Assembly (NCBI GenBank): GCA_025454255.1 | Contig: JALOOU010000045.1 | Span: 11,279-75,278, forward strand | Direction: 5' to 3' | Length of the DNA: 64,000 nucleotides | Source of the DNA: Desulfobacterales bacterium | Lineage (GTDB): Bacteria; Desulfobacterota; Desulfobacteria; Desulfobacterales; SpSt-501 | Shown here: piece after piece, positions 21,493-31,733 of the stretch | How the letters are laid out: each line of letters starts with the position of its first letter | How positions within the stretch are numbered: the first letter of the stretch is position 1 | Made by a program: the position numbers and the translations under genes | The notes under the pieces: generated by a model | Told to the model about the DNA's origin: nothing | Seen by the model: the letters and a program-made list of their open reading frames with translations, nothing else | Databases searched by the model: none

Positions 21493-22258
21493 TCATCGTC
21501 TCCATGAGCTGGGTGTGGTCGATCCCGGCCCGGCGGAAGCCCTCCAGGCCGTATTTCATGTTGGCCTCGAGCACGCCGTAGCCTTCGCCGCAGCGGCAGA
21601 TGTCGACGCCGACATCGTCCCAGCCGCAGGCCTCCGCCGTTCGCGCGGCGAGCGTCCGGGCCGCCGCGGGGACCGGCGCGAGGTCCACCCGGCCGCCGGC
21701 GGCGAGGTTCGAACGGAACTCCCCTGCGGCGCAGATGCGCCAGTAGGCGTGCACGACCCGGCCGCCGATGACGACCACGCGCATGTCCCGGTCGGCCGGC
21801 AGGTACTCCTGGATGTAGGCGATCCGGGTCTTCGCGCAGTAGTCGTGCAGCTCGCCCGGGGTGGTGATCAGGTAGACGCCCCGGCCCAGCGCGGAGCCGC
21901 GGGGGATCTTGCCCACGAACGGAAAACGGAAATGCTCGCGGATGCGCGCTTTCTGCACCGGCCCGTAGAAGACCCGGGTCCGCGGGTGCGGAATGCCCAG
22001 CAGCGAAAACAGGGCGCTCTGCCGGATCTTGTCCTGGGCGCAGGCATAGGTGTTCCAGCTGGGGAAGGTGCGTTTGCCCAGGGTGTGGAACAGGCTGGCG
22101 TAGAAGGCCGACGGGTAATAGACCGTCCCGGCCGCATGCATCAGGGCCCGCTCCCCCTCGCTGTAGTCCTCCAGGTTGGGTCGCACGCCGAGCGTCTGCA
22201 CGTTGCGGCAGTTTCGCAGTCGGCGCTCAAGGGCGATCACTTTGCGCGTAACGCTCAT
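21473..22258 (-). CDS. RimK-like ATP-grasp protein
   Basis: DKIRQ, FPFVGK.PRGS..GRGV, YIQEYLP..RD.RV, FRSNL..GG, LEAN. Confidence 0.85.
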   Translation of the reverse strand: MSVTRKVIALERRLRNCRNVQTLGVRPNLEDYSEGERALMHAAGTVYYPSAFYASLFHTLGKRTFPSWNTYACAQDKIRQSALFSLLGIPHPRTRVFYGPVQKARIREHFRFPFVGKIPRGSALGRGVYLITTPGELHDYCAKTRIAYIQEYLPADRDMRVVVIGGRVVHAYWRICAAGEFRSNLAAGGRVDLAPVPAAARTLAARTAEACGWDDVGVDICRCGEGYGVLEANMKYGLEGFRRAGIDHTQLMETMIANGEI

Positions 22259-22761
22259 GGCCTCGCTTCGAACAGTCTCTGGATCCGCTCCAGGCTGCGG
22301 GCGGTGTGGGTCCCGGCCCAGTAGAGTCTCAGGCAGCGCGGGCAGCGGCCGAACCCGGGTGCGGTCTGCCAGACGTAGTCGGGCACGGCGCCGCGGGCCT
22401 GCTGCCGGCCGATGGCCTCGATCGGCAGATTGCAGCGCAGGCAGCGGCTGAAGGGCCTGAGGTCGCACGCCGACAGCCCCAGCTCCCGGAGCACCTGCGC
22501 GGCCTGCGCGAACGGGTCGTCGGCGCGGATGAAAATCGCGGCCCGCTCCGGGAGCGCGGCGAGCACGCGGCGCGTGCGCGTCAGCAGAATGCGCCCCTCG
22601 CCGCAGCGCTGCGGGAACTTGGCCGGCGGGCACTCGGTTTCAAGGAGCGCATCGAAGCCCAGCAGGCGCAGCCATTTGCCCAGCCGGCCCAGCGTGCGTT
22701 CGACGGCGAATGCGGGGGCTCCTGGCGGCGAAGCGCCGGAGGGCGAAGCGTGCGTATGCAT
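22255..22761 (-). CDS. Mut7-C RNase domain protein
   Basis: LGRLGKWLRLLGFD, RILLTR, FSRCLRCN, CPRC.R.YW.GTH. Confidence 0.88.
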   Translation of the reverse strand: MHTHASPSGASPPGAPAFAVERTLGRLGKWLRLLGFDALLETECPPAKFPQRCGEGRILLTRTRRVLAALPERAAIFIRADDPFAQAAQVLRELGLSACDLRPFSRCLRCNLPIEAIGRQQARGAVPDYVWQTAPGFGRCPRCLRLYWAGTHTARSLERIQRLFEARP

Positions 22762-23038
22762 CGATAACCCGGGCACGTGGCGTTTCACGGGGGTTTCCGT
22801 CCAAACCCGGCCAGCGGCACTATAGCCAAAGCCTGCGGGCAGGTCAATTGCAGGAATTAACCACCGCTCAAGAATTCCCGCAAGTTGCCGATACTTCTAG
22901 AGCTGGCTTCGCAGCCGCTGCTGTCTGTCCGCCGGCGCCGCCCCAACCGCCCGACCGGCGGTGCGGCCGGGCCCCGATGGGGGCGCGAGCGGCTGCCGGC
23001 GCATCAACGCAAATTGCCATAAGAATGGACCCCGACGC

Positions 23039-25489
23039 ATGCGCAGGCGGAAACTTCTTCTGGGCGTTTTTTTAATTTTGATAGTTGGTGTTGTCGCGAT
23101 GGTGGCGGCCGAGCTGAACCGGGAGGTCATCCAGCTGCACGACGGCAGGCTGATCCCGGTCGAGCGCATCTGGCAATCGGGAACCGACCTCTTCTACGAG
23201 AACGGCAAGGAGATCGGTTTTGTGAGCCGGGCGCAGGTCAAATCGGTCGGGGCGCTCGGCGCCAAGCAGAGCCTGCAGGCGGCCGGCGGCCGGGTCGCAC
23301 GGTTTTTCGACCGCCGCCTGATCGACCTCGGCCCGCTGCTCGGGCGCGCGGCCGCCTCGACGGCCGCCTGGCCGATCCACCCGGCAGCGGCGGCGGCGCC
23401 GCTCGCTCTCGTCCTGCTCGTCGTGGCGCTGCGCCGGCTCCGCGGCCGCCTGCCCGCCGGGCGCACCGCGGCAGCCGCCGCCGATGCCCCGGCCCCCCCG
23501 CGCGCGCCCAAAACCGATGAGCTCCCCCGCCGCGCCGACGTGGTCCGGTTTTTTCTGAACCTCTACCGCCACCAGCTCGGGGCCGACGCCGATGCCCCGG
23601 CGGAGTTCATCCACCTGCCCTGCGGCTCCGGGCCCAACCGGACCTACGAGCTGCGCGTCAAACACCATGCCGACTGGATCAAGCGCCGCATGAGCATCGG
23701 CCCGCTGGGCGAGGACAGCGGCAGCAAGAGCACCTGCTACTACGTCATCTTCGACCAGCACCTGGTGGTCAAGATTCCGCCCAAGCCCATCCTCAACTTC
23801 GAGGACTACGTGACCGGCCTGAAAAAAGAGCGCCACATCGTCGCGCGCCTGGCGCCGCGGGAGTGCATCGTCCCGACGGTCTCGGTGATCCTGGATCGGC
23901 TCCACCCGACGTCGGCCGGTCCCGGCGCGACCGCGGAAACCCAGGACGAGAAGCACATCGGCTGGCTGCAGAAATCGGTCGAGGCCCAGGAGCACCTTAA
24001 GATCAACGGCACCTTCGTCTATTTCATGGACCTCTCCCAGCATCGCTTCCTCAGCCACATCATCGACGCCGCCCACGACATTACCGACGCCGTGCACGCG
24101 GAAATCACCGCCGTGCCCGAAATTCTGCGCAACCCGGGCAAGTTCAAGGACCGCTACGTCGCCGAAAACGAGTCGGTGGGCTTCGAGATCCGCGACCTGT
24201 TCAACCAGTGCGAAGTCGAGATCACCCGGCAGTTGAAGCAGCTGGGCAAATCGGCGGTCGTGCCCCCCTACCGGATCCAGAAATGGTTTCTGCAGTACCT
24301 GGAATCCCGCGCGCTGGGGGAGATGGGGGAAGGCATCACCGCCGAGCTGGCCAACTCCATCACCTATGTGTTCGCCGCCCAGTTCCAGAAGCACCGCGCG
24401 AGCGTCGAAGCCTTCCTCGCTGCGGCCCGGCGCTACTCGGCGCGGCTGGCTCTGGACCAGAACCGGCAGGTCGTCTCCGGGATCATCGCCAAGCTGCTGG
24501 ACCTGCTGGCGGAACTCGACCAAAAGCAGGTCGCCATGCGCGACCTCAAACCCGACAACCTGCTGGTGGCCGGCGACCCGCAGCGCTACCCGGCCTTCCT
24601 GCGAACTCCAGGGGAATATTCGCTGGGAATCATCGACGTCGAGACGGCGGTGGTCTTCGAGCCGGCCGAGGCGGGCCCGATCCGCCAACCCCTGCTGGGC
24701 GGCACCCCCTACTATGCCACGCCCTCGCACCTGCTGCCGAACGCGGTGCTCGCGCGCTGCTACGCGCAGCCTGGCCGCATCCTGCACTTCCAGGATTGGC
24801 ACGCCGTTCTCGTCATGATCTACAAGACCGTCACCGGCGAGCTGCTCTTCGAGCGCACCGCCCAGAAGTTCGTAGAGACCAAGACCGAGGTGATCCAGGC
24901 CCTGAAGGAGCGGCGCGCTCTCGAGGAGCTGGTGCCGGAGTTGAGCCGCGGCTTCTGGCGCAACGCCGTCGCGGAGTTCCAGGCCGGCATGCGGGCGCGG
25001 GAGGCCTCCCTGCGGCAGATCGAGGTCGACCTGCCGGCCTCCGCGCGGAAGTTGTTTTTGCAGACCCTGCGGCGCGATGCGGCCGCGACGGTGGATGCCA
25101 TCCGGCGCCTCGTCGCCGCCCAGACCCAAATCCAGTCGGCCGCGGAACGCGAGCAGCTGATCGCCTGCTCCCACGCCCGCATCGGCCGGCTGATGCAGGA
25201 AATCGAGTTCAAATCCCGAGCCGGGGCCGTTTCGGCCGAGTCGGCCCGGCAGGCCCTCACGGTGTTCAAACGCCTCATGAACCTCAAGGCCCTCTACGAA
25301 CGCAAGGCCCAGCTCGCGGCGGCCGTGGCGAGCCCGTCGATCCGTTTGAGCGCCTACGAGCTGCTCACTTTCATGTTCAACATGGTGCTCAAGACCATGT
25401 ACCGCGAGGAGTGGACGCCTTTGGCGGAAGAGGCGGCCGCGACGGCCTGCCGCGCGGACGACGAGCTCTCCCTGGCGACCACGATCTGA
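23039..25489 (+). CDS. Membrane-anchored atypical protein kinase-like protein
   Basis: N-terminal hydrophobic segments; LVVKIP, RDLKPDNLL, IIDVETA, GGTPYYATP, DW.A.LVMIY..VTGELLF. Confidence 0.75.
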   Translation: MRRRKLLLGVFLILIVGVVAMVAAELNREVIQLHDGRLIPVERIWQSGTDLFYENGKEIGFVSRAQVKSVGALGAKQSLQAAGGRVARFFDRRLIDLGPLLGRAAASTAAWPIHPAAAAAPLALVLLVVALRRLRGRLPAGRTAAAAADAPAPPRAPKTDELPRRADVVRFFLNLYRHQLGADADAPAEFIHLPCGSGPNRTYELRVKHHADWIKRRMSIGPLGEDSGSKSTCYYVIFDQHLVVKIPPKPILNFEDYVTGLKKERHIVARLAPRECIVPTVSVILDRLHPTSAGPGATAETQDEKHIGWLQKSVEAQEHLKINGTFVYFMDLSQHRFLSHIIDAAHDITDAVHAEITAVPEILRNPGKFKDRYVAENESVGFEIRDLFNQCEVEITRQLKQLGKSAVVPPYRIQKWFLQYLESRALGEMGEGITAELANSITYVFAAQFQKHRASVEAFLAAARRYSARLALDQNRQVVSGIIAKLLDLLAELDQKQVAMRDLKPDNLLVAGDPQRYPAFLRTPGEYSLGIIDVETAVVFEPAEAGPIRQPLLGGTPYYATPSHLLPNAVLARCYAQPGRILHFQDWHAVLVMIYKTVTGELLFERTAQKFVETKTEVIQALKERRALEELVPELSRGFWRNAVAEFQAGMRAREASLRQIEVDLPASARKLFLQTLRRDAAATVDAIRRLVAAQTQIQSAAEREQLIACSHARIGRLMQEIEFKSRAGAVSAESARQALTVFKRLMNLKALYERKAQLAAAVASPSIRLSAYELLTFMFNMVLKTMYREEWTPLAEEAAATACRADDELSLATTI

Positions 25490-25699
25490 AAGCGCTTGCC
25501 CTGCCTGCGGCCCGAATGCAGCGTCAAGCCAGTCGCTATCGCGGCTGGAAGCCGCTCCCACACCAGCTGAAGCATATCGTCGAAATCGTTCCGCCGCGCG
25601 TTGACATGCGCGCGGCGGCGGGTTGACAGCGGCGTGCCGGGCGGGGTAGGCTCCCCACGCCCCGGATGGGGGCTCGAGAAAGAGAGGTTGGAGCAGACG

Positions 25700-26296
25700 A
25701 TGCCCGAGAGCGCAGAACCGCCCCCGGAACTGACCCATGAGCAGGGCCGGGCCCTCCTCCGACTGGCCCGGCGGACGATAGCAGAGAAGCTGGGGCGGCC
25801 GCCGGGGCCTTGCGGTGAAGAGCCGCCCGCCTTGACGGACCCGGCGCTCGAGAGGCGGGCCGGGGTGTTCGTGACCCTGGAACTCGGAAAGCGCCTGCGC
25901 GGCTGCATCGGCACGCTCCACCCCAACGAGCCCATCGTTGCAGGGGTGCGCAGCAACGCGCTCAATGCCGCCTTCCACGACCCGCGCTTCAAACCCCTGG
26001 CCGGGCGCGAGCTCGACCGGGTGCGCATCGAAGTGAGCGTGCTCTCCCCGCCCCGGCCCCTGAGCTACACCGGCCCCGCCGAGCTTCTCGCCCAGCTCAC
26101 GCCCCATGTCCACGGGGTCATCATCCGCCGCGGCCACGCCGGCGCCACCTTCCTGCCCCAGGTCTGGGGGCAGCTGCCCAAGGCGGAGGATTTCCTCAAC
26201 CACCTCTGCCAAAAGGCCGGCCTGGCGCCGGAGGAGTGGCGGCGCGGCGGACTGGAGGTCTCGACCTACCGGGTCCAGTGCTTCAAAGAAGAGTAG
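25700..26296 (+). CDS. amrA: AmmeMemoRadiSam system protein A (AMMECR1 family)
   Basis: GVFVTL, LRGCIG, AAFHDPRF.PL, EVSVLS, ATFLPQVW, LCQKAGL. Confidence 0.92.
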   Translation: MPESAEPPPELTHEQGRALLRLARRTIAEKLGRPPGPCGEEPPALTDPALERRAGVFVTLELGKRLRGCIGTLHPNEPIVAGVRSNALNAAFHDPRFKPLAGRELDRVRIEVSVLSPPRPLSYTGPAELLAQLTPHVHGVIIRRGHAGATFLPQVWGQLPKAEDFLNHLCQKAGLAPEEWRRGGLEVSTYRVQCFKEE

Positions 26297-26330
26297 CCGC
26301 AGGCTCTCGCCCGCGGCGACGCTTAGGGTG

Positions 26331-26376
26331 AGCAAGCGAAGGGGGCGGCGGCCCCCTCGCTCGTCTTGCTGTTTTT
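26331..26376 (+). terminator. Probable intrinsic terminator between convergent amrA and pilY1
   Basis: AGCAAG.CGA.AGGGGG/CCCCCT.CG...CTTGCT imperfect stem followed by GTTTTT. Confidence 0.5.
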
Positions 26377-26444
26377 CTCCCTGCCCTCCTCTTCCCTGCC
26401 CATTTCAGCCCTGCGCCTTGAGCCGTGCGGCGCGGAGCGATTTT

Positions 26445-29400
26445 TCAATTATGCTTCCAGGACTCCACCCGGATTCTGTTCTGCGGGATGTTGACCTTGA
26501 AGGCGTTCAGGCCCGTCGGGTTGCCCAGCCCATTGTTGCCCAAGTTGCCGTCGAAGTCGGTCAGGTTGGAGTTGGAGGTCGTGACGAACATCGTGTCCTG
26601 GTGCAGCACCGGCTGGGAGCCCACCCCGCGGCCCACGTAGACGCCGACCGGCGCGACCTTGCTGCCGTCGATCGTCAGTTTGTCCGCGTCGGTGAACTTG
26701 CCGTCGGCGTTGAGGTCGAAGACCGGCTTGGTCGGCGGCAGGCCGGTCTTGTAGTCCAGGGCGAAGAGCCAGGTGTCCCCGCTACCGGTGCACTGGTCCG
26801 CGTCCGGCACGAAGGTGGTGAAGAAGACGATCCCGCCCACCACGAGCGGCTTGGTGAAGACCCGCTCGCTGCCGCCGCTGCCGGCCGGCCCGTTCCAGCC
26901 GGCTTGCCCCGCGTAGAGCTTGAGGGCCCAGGAGTTCGCGGAGGGGTTCGCGCCGTAGACGGTGCGCACCGTGCGGGTGCGGTCCCCGAAGGTGGCGCTC
27001 GTGAAGCGTGCCTCCAGCGCGCTCAGGTCGGCCAGGCTGAGAGCGGTCGCCCGCGGGGCGGCGTTGTCCTTCAGACCGAAGAAATACTGCTGCTGGCTGC
27101 TGACCTTGTCGCCCGCGGTCTCGTAGCGGCCGGTGCCATAGAACACCCAGATCAGGTCGGCGGCGTCGCTGTAAGCGGTGCTGGCCTTGCCGCGGATCGG
27201 CTGCAGGTCGGGGCTGGCCGGATAAGGGTTGAACTTGAAGAGCCGGGAGACGCTGGGGCTCTGGCCTTTGCCGATCGTGTCCACGCGGAACAGAGTGCCG
27301 TAGAGGTCGCCCACGTAGATGCAGTCCTCCTTGCCGTCGGCGGGGTTGAAGTTGGCCGTCACCGGGCTGTTGAGGGCGTTGTTCGGCTGGGCCCCGATGG
27401 TCTGCTGCATGTTCGTGTTGGCGGTTGCCATGCGGCTGGTCGGGGCCCCCGGCACGATGTTTCCCGGGAAAAAGATGGGGTCGTTCGTTTTGATCGTATC
27501 CGTTCCAGTGACGTTGGTCAGGTACAAGGTCCCGGAGGTGGGGCTGGTCGCCGTCACCGAGGCGACCGTGGCTTCAAAAGTGGTAGGCCGCGTGAAGATG
27601 AGGGCTTTCATCCCGGGGAAAAGCGCTCCGCCCAGAAGATCCCGGTAATCCACTTTGTACTGCTCCGCAATGAGCTTGACCTTGCTCTGCCCGCCGGCCC
27701 AGAGGCCGGCGCCCGTGTCGGCCTGGACCCCGAAAAGATAAGCCTCCTTGGTGGGCTGCAGGTTTTTGTTGACGGCGTAGCCCGAGCTGACGAAGACGCC
27801 CCAGGCGGAGCCGCTGGCGCCATCGGCCACGCGCTCGATGGCCGCATCCGTCCAGGTTTCGCCCATCTCGGCGTCCGTCAGTTCCCACAGGAATCTGGCC
27901 GGGCCGGATGCCGCGCCGGGCGAATTGCCCGTGGTGATGTCGAGCGCGGTGTAGGCCGCGCCGCCCTGGCGCTGGCCGATGACCAGCAGGGTGCGCCACT
28001 GGTCGCTGAGCGCGCCGAACTTGGCATAGACGTCGGCCACCTGCGGCGAGCCGTCCAGCAGGTACTGGTGGCAGTAGCCGGTTGCGCAGGGGTTGGTCAG
28101 CGGGTTGGCGAGCGCCTCCGCCAGCTTGGGCTTGAGGCTGGGCGGCAGAAACGCCCATTTCTCGGCCCCGGTCGCCAGGTCGATGGCGTGCAGCAGCCCG
28201 TCGTTGGCGCCCACGTAGATCGTCTTCGGCCGCGGGGCCGAAACCGAGTGCTGGCGCTTGAAGGCCGGATAGTCGTCGAAGCGGTAGAAGAAGGGCGGAG
28301 CCCCCACCACCACCGGGGTCGAGTTGATAATGTCGCCGATCGGCCGGCACAGGTAGTCGGAGAGCGCACTGCCGTAGTCGATGGTGTTGCCGCTTTCGTC
28401 TACGGTGAACACCTTGCGGACCGCGGGCACTTCGTCCTTCGCATCCCACAGCAAATGGCTCCAGGAGCCGTCGCTGTTCTTGGCGATGGCCTGGAGGTTG
28501 CCGGTCCAGTTGGCGCCGTTGAAGGAGGAGAGGATGACCGTGTCGCCCAGGTCGGTGGAGGTGGTGGCCGCCGGCGCCGAGCCGTAGAAGACGATGCCCT
28601 TCACGTTGTTCATGATGGCGCGGAAGGCGTTGGTCAGGTCGTCCTTGTTGCCGGCCATGTAGGGCAGGGCCTTGCCGCCGGCATCCTCGGTGTGCATCGC
28701 ATACAGGCTGTCGCTGCTCGAGGCCTTGCCGCGGGCGTTGGCCACGGCGGCAAAAGCGAAAATCTGCTCCTTCTCCCCCTCCGGGACCCCGAAGCCGATG
28801 CCCACCGCGCTCACGCCCTGGTCGGCGAGCAGCCCGGTGCGCTGCATGACGTTCTCGTTGGTGGAGTCCACGTTGCCCAGCCCGTCGGTCACCTGGATCA
28901 GAAACTTCGGCTGGCAGGCGGCCGGCTGGAAGAGAGCGCCGTAGGCGTCCGCCTTCTCCGCGGCGAAATACTTCTTGGCCGCGAGGATCGAGGGCGAGAA
29001 GGGCGTGTCGTTCTTGGGCTGCATCAACAAGTCCAGGGCCGCATAGATCTTGGCCTGGTGCTCGGCGGTGTGCGGGCTGCAGCCGACGTGGACCTTGGTG
29101 AAGTCGATCGCGGCGCCGTAGCCGTCGGCATCGCTGTTGACCCAGGTGGCGAAGCCCCAGGCGATGCTCGTGTCCTTGACCAGCTCCTTGATCACCGTCT
29201 TGGCCGAGTCGATCTTCTTTTCGATCGTCACCCCGACCCACGGGTTGGGGCTCCAGACGACGTTGGCGAGAGTCCGCGGCCGCGAAGCCATGCTGACCCC
29301 GTTGAAGAAGGTCGCGGAGTTGTTGCTGTCGTCCGCCGAGATCTTGAGGTTGAGCGCGCCGTCGTTGCTCTGGAAGGGCACGAAGCGCAGGTGGGCCTTG

Positions 29401-31424
29401 TTGATGACCGCGTTCTTGGGGATGGTGATCTCCTGAAACCTCACCCCCACCGCGCCGGCGCCCAGGTCGAGGTAGGCCGTGGTCGTGTTGATCGCGCCGA
29501 CGCTCCCGGCGATGGCGTCGTCGGAGGGCTGCTTGACGCTCGCATAAAGCGTCTTGACCTCGTCGCCGTCCACGTATTCGACCTCGAGCTTCGCGGCCGA
29601 GGGGCTGTAGCCGTCGAAGGAGCGCGCCGGCCGCCGGCCGGCGCCGCCGACGGGGTCGATGAGGAAGCTGATCGCGTTACCCGCGACCCACCCGCTCCTG
29701 TTCACGATGGCCTGAACCACTGCTTTCAGGTCGGGGGTGGTGCTGGCGGTCCAGTCGAAGTAGTCGGGGATGACGTCGACCTCGTCGCGCATGCTGCCGG
29801 AGAGGTCCAGAAAAATCATCACCGCCGGGCTGACGATGTTCTGGGTGTAGAGCGGGATGTCCCCGCAGCTGACGCTGCCCTCCTTCAGCACGCTCAGGCT
29901 CACCCGGACCACCGTTTCGGCCGGTTCGGCGCCGGGGGCGCTGAAGGTGATGAAGGCTTCGTAGGTGCCCGCGGTGAGGCCTGTCGTGTCGAAGACGAGG
30001 CTGAAATTCTGACGCTCGCCGGCGCCCAGCGTGCCCGAGGCGGCCGCCGGGTAGATGCTCAGCCACCCCGTCGGGGAGCTGGGGGTGAAGCTGATGGTCC
30101 GGGTGTAGCTCATGGCCGAGCCGCCGCTGTTGATCAGCTCGAAGAAGTGGCCCTCCGGCGCGCCGCCCTCGAAGCAGGAGCGGCCGAGCTCCGATTGGCT
30201 CAGCTGCATGGCCGCCGGCGTGCTGACCCCGCCGCCGCCGCTTTCGCCGTATTCGATGTAGAGCTGGGCGGCCTTGTTGGGATCGTTTTCAAACGCAACC
30301 ACCTGCCGCGTCTGGCCGTTGAGGCTCGGCGTGGCCGTATAGAAGATTAGCGCCAGCGACTTCGAGCTGTTGTTCCAGCCCGGCTGGCCCACGATCTCCT
30401 GCACGATGCTCTTGACGTCCACCGATGCGTATTCCACGCCCGCCTGCCAGGCCGGCAGGTTCGACCACTGCACATATGCCGTTTTGGGAATGGCGCTGTT
30501 CAGGTAGCGTCTCATCGGCGTGTCGGCGTGGTTGAGTGCGGTGGTAAACGTGGGGGCATTGAGCCGCCGCTCCCCCAGCAGCCGATAGGCCCCGGTCACG
30601 GCGTTGTAGCTGCCGGTGGATACGAACTTGAGAAAGGCCGATTTGATCGTGGTGCCCTCGGGGACATCCACGTTTTGAAAGCGCCAGCCCGAATACATGT
30701 ATAAGCTGGTGGACAGGAGCACGGACACATTGTTGTTTACGACCGTCCCGGTGGAGCTTTGGTGGAGGTCGTCGGTCGAGGCGGATATCCGCGCGGTGAA
30801 AATGGAGGCTGTGTACTCGATGTGCAGCAGGGGGGCCTTGGCCGGGTCCATGTCCCAGGATTTGGCCCGGCGGAAGACCTCGCCGGTGCCCTCGATGACG
30901 AAGGCCATGGCGTTGCCGGAGGCCCAGCCCGGACGCTTGACGAGGGCCTGGACCAGGGTTTTCAGCTCGGGGCTCTGGTGCACCATGTCCACCGTTTGCC
31001 AGGCATAATCGATCGTCCACTCGATCGGCGGATCGAGCATGACCCGGGTTGAGATATCGAAGGCGGCGGTGCTGAATTGAGACGGGTTGTCGGTGGCGTG
31101 CGCCGAAACCTTGACTTTCGTGCTGGCGCTGTCGGCGCCGCCCACGGTGAACTCGATGTAGGCGCGCGTGATCACCGCGTCCCGGGGGATCGTGATGTTG
31201 GCGAAGCGCAGACCCACCCGGCGGTAAAGCCCACCCAGGTCCAGCACGGTTTCGCCCAGGGCCACGGTACCGAGATGGTTCTCCTCGGCGTCGTTGGCGC
31301 TGCCGGAGAGGCGCACCTCGAACACCTGGTCGACGGCCCCGGCCGGCACGGGAACAGACAGCCATGCGGCCGCGATCAAAAGCACGGCCGCCGCTGCACG
31401 CTGGATCTCGGATCTGGTCTTCAT
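26445..31424 (-). CDS. pilY1: PilY1/PilC-type type IV pilus tip adhesin, 1659 aa (repeat domains, Ig-like, vWA, beta-propeller)
   Basis: Signal peptide; MIFLDLSGSM vWA MIDAS; GDIINSTP, YVGANDGLLHA, YVGDLYG, YGTGRY, DLNADGKFTDAD Ca-binding loop. Confidence 0.88.
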   Translation of the reverse strand: MKTRSEIQRAAAAVLLIAAAWLSVPVPAGAVDQVFEVRLSGSANDAEENHLGTVALGETVLDLGGLYRRVGLRFANITIPRDAVITRAYIEFTVGGADSASTKVKVSAHATDNPSQFSTAAFDISTRVMLDPPIEWTIDYAWQTVDMVHQSPELKTLVQALVKRPGWASGNAMAFVIEGTGEVFRRAKSWDMDPAKAPLLHIEYTASIFTARISASTDDLHQSSTGTVVNNNVSVLLSTSLYMYSGWRFQNVDVPEGTTIKSAFLKFVSTGSYNAVTGAYRLLGERRLNAPTFTTALNHADTPMRRYLNSAIPKTAYVQWSNLPAWQAGVEYASVDVKSIVQEIVGQPGWNNSSKSLALIFYTATPSLNGQTRQVVAFENDPNKAAQLYIEYGESGGGGVSTPAAMQLSQSELGRSCFEGGAPEGHFFELINSGGSAMSYTRTISFTPSSPTGWLSIYPAAASGTLGAGERQNFSLVFDTTGLTAGTYEAFITFSAPGAEPAETVVRVSLSVLKEGSVSCGDIPLYTQNIVSPAVMIFLDLSGSMRDEVDVIPDYFDWTASTTPDLKAVVQAIVNRSGWVAGNAISFLIDPVGGAGRRPARSFDGYSPSAAKLEVEYVDGDEVKTLYASVKQPSDDAIAGSVGAINTTTAYLDLGAGAVGVRFQEITIPKNAVINKAHLRFVPFQSNDGALNLKISADDSNNSATFFNGVSMASRPRTLANVVWSPNPWVGVTIEKKIDSAKTVIKELVKDTSIAWGFATWVNSDADGYGAAIDFTKVHVGCSPHTAEHQAKIYAALDLLMQPKNDTPFSPSILAAKKYFAAEKADAYGALFQPAACQPKFLIQVTDGLGNVDSTNENVMQRTGLLADQGVSAVGIGFGVPEGEKEQIFAFAAVANARGKASSSDSLYAMHTEDAGGKALPYMAGNKDDLTNAFRAIMNNVKGIVFYGSAPAATTSTDLGDTVILSSFNGANWTGNLQAIAKNSDGSWSHLLWDAKDEVPAVRKVFTVDESGNTIDYGSALSDYLCRPIGDIINSTPVVVGAPPFFYRFDDYPAFKRQHSVSAPRPKTIYVGANDGLLHAIDLATGAEKWAFLPPSLKPKLAEALANPLTNPCATGYCHQYLLDGSPQVADVYAKFGALSDQWRTLLVIGQRQGGAAYTALDITTGNSPGAASGPARFLWELTDAEMGETWTDAAIERVADGASGSAWGVFVSSGYAVNKNLQPTKEAYLFGVQADTGAGLWAGGQSKVKLIAEQYKVDYRDLLGGALFPGMKALIFTRPTTFEATVASVTATSPTSGTLYLTNVTGTDTIKTNDPIFFPGNIVPGAPTSRMATANTNMQQTIGAQPNNALNSPVTANFNPADGKEDCIYVGDLYGTLFRVDTIGKGQSPSVSRLFKFNPYPASPDLQPIRGKASTAYSDAADLIWVFYGTGRYETAGDKVSSQQQYFFGLKDNAAPRATALSLADLSALEARFTSATFGDRTRTVRTVYGANPSANSWALKLYAGQAGWNGPAGSGGSERVFTKPLVVGGIVFFTTFVPDADQCTGSGDTWLFALDYKTGLPPTKPVFDLNADGKFTDADKLTIDGSKVAPVGVYVGRGVGSQPVLHQDTMFVTTSNSNLTDFDGNLGNNGLGNPTGLNAFKVNIPQNRIRVESWKHN

Positions 31425-31490
31425 GGCAGGCCTCCTCGCCTCGCTCGGTCATCGATAGATCATCAATAAAACCCTTCGAAAACATCAGCA

Positions 31491-31506
31491 AGCAAGTTGA
31501 ATGCCA
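31491..31506 (-). promoter_or_regulatory. Sigma54 (-24/-12) promoter of pilY1
   Basis: Minus strand TGGCATTCAACTTGCT matches TGGCAC-N5-TTGCW, ~65 nt upstream of the ATG. Confidence 0.75.
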
Positions 31507-31733
31507 TAGTTTTTTAGCGTGCGCCGGCGGGGAGTGAAATTGATCTCATCTTTCTGGATTATATTGGTTTTGTTTCTTGCGGACGCGATGGGAGGCATGC
31601 CGGTGAGAGAAGGGCGGGATGGCTCGGCGCGATGGGGGCTGCGGCAAAATGTTTTCAGGCTATTAAAATCTTTTATGGCCTCTGCGGCCGGGGGGAATAC
31701 GGCGGTGCCGGCGGATTTGCGGGGCGGGGGGGA

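Noticed and set aside
23072-30350. 1087-aa and 1414-aa ORFs
   Set aside because: Antisense shadows of the kinase/amrA and pilY1 genes
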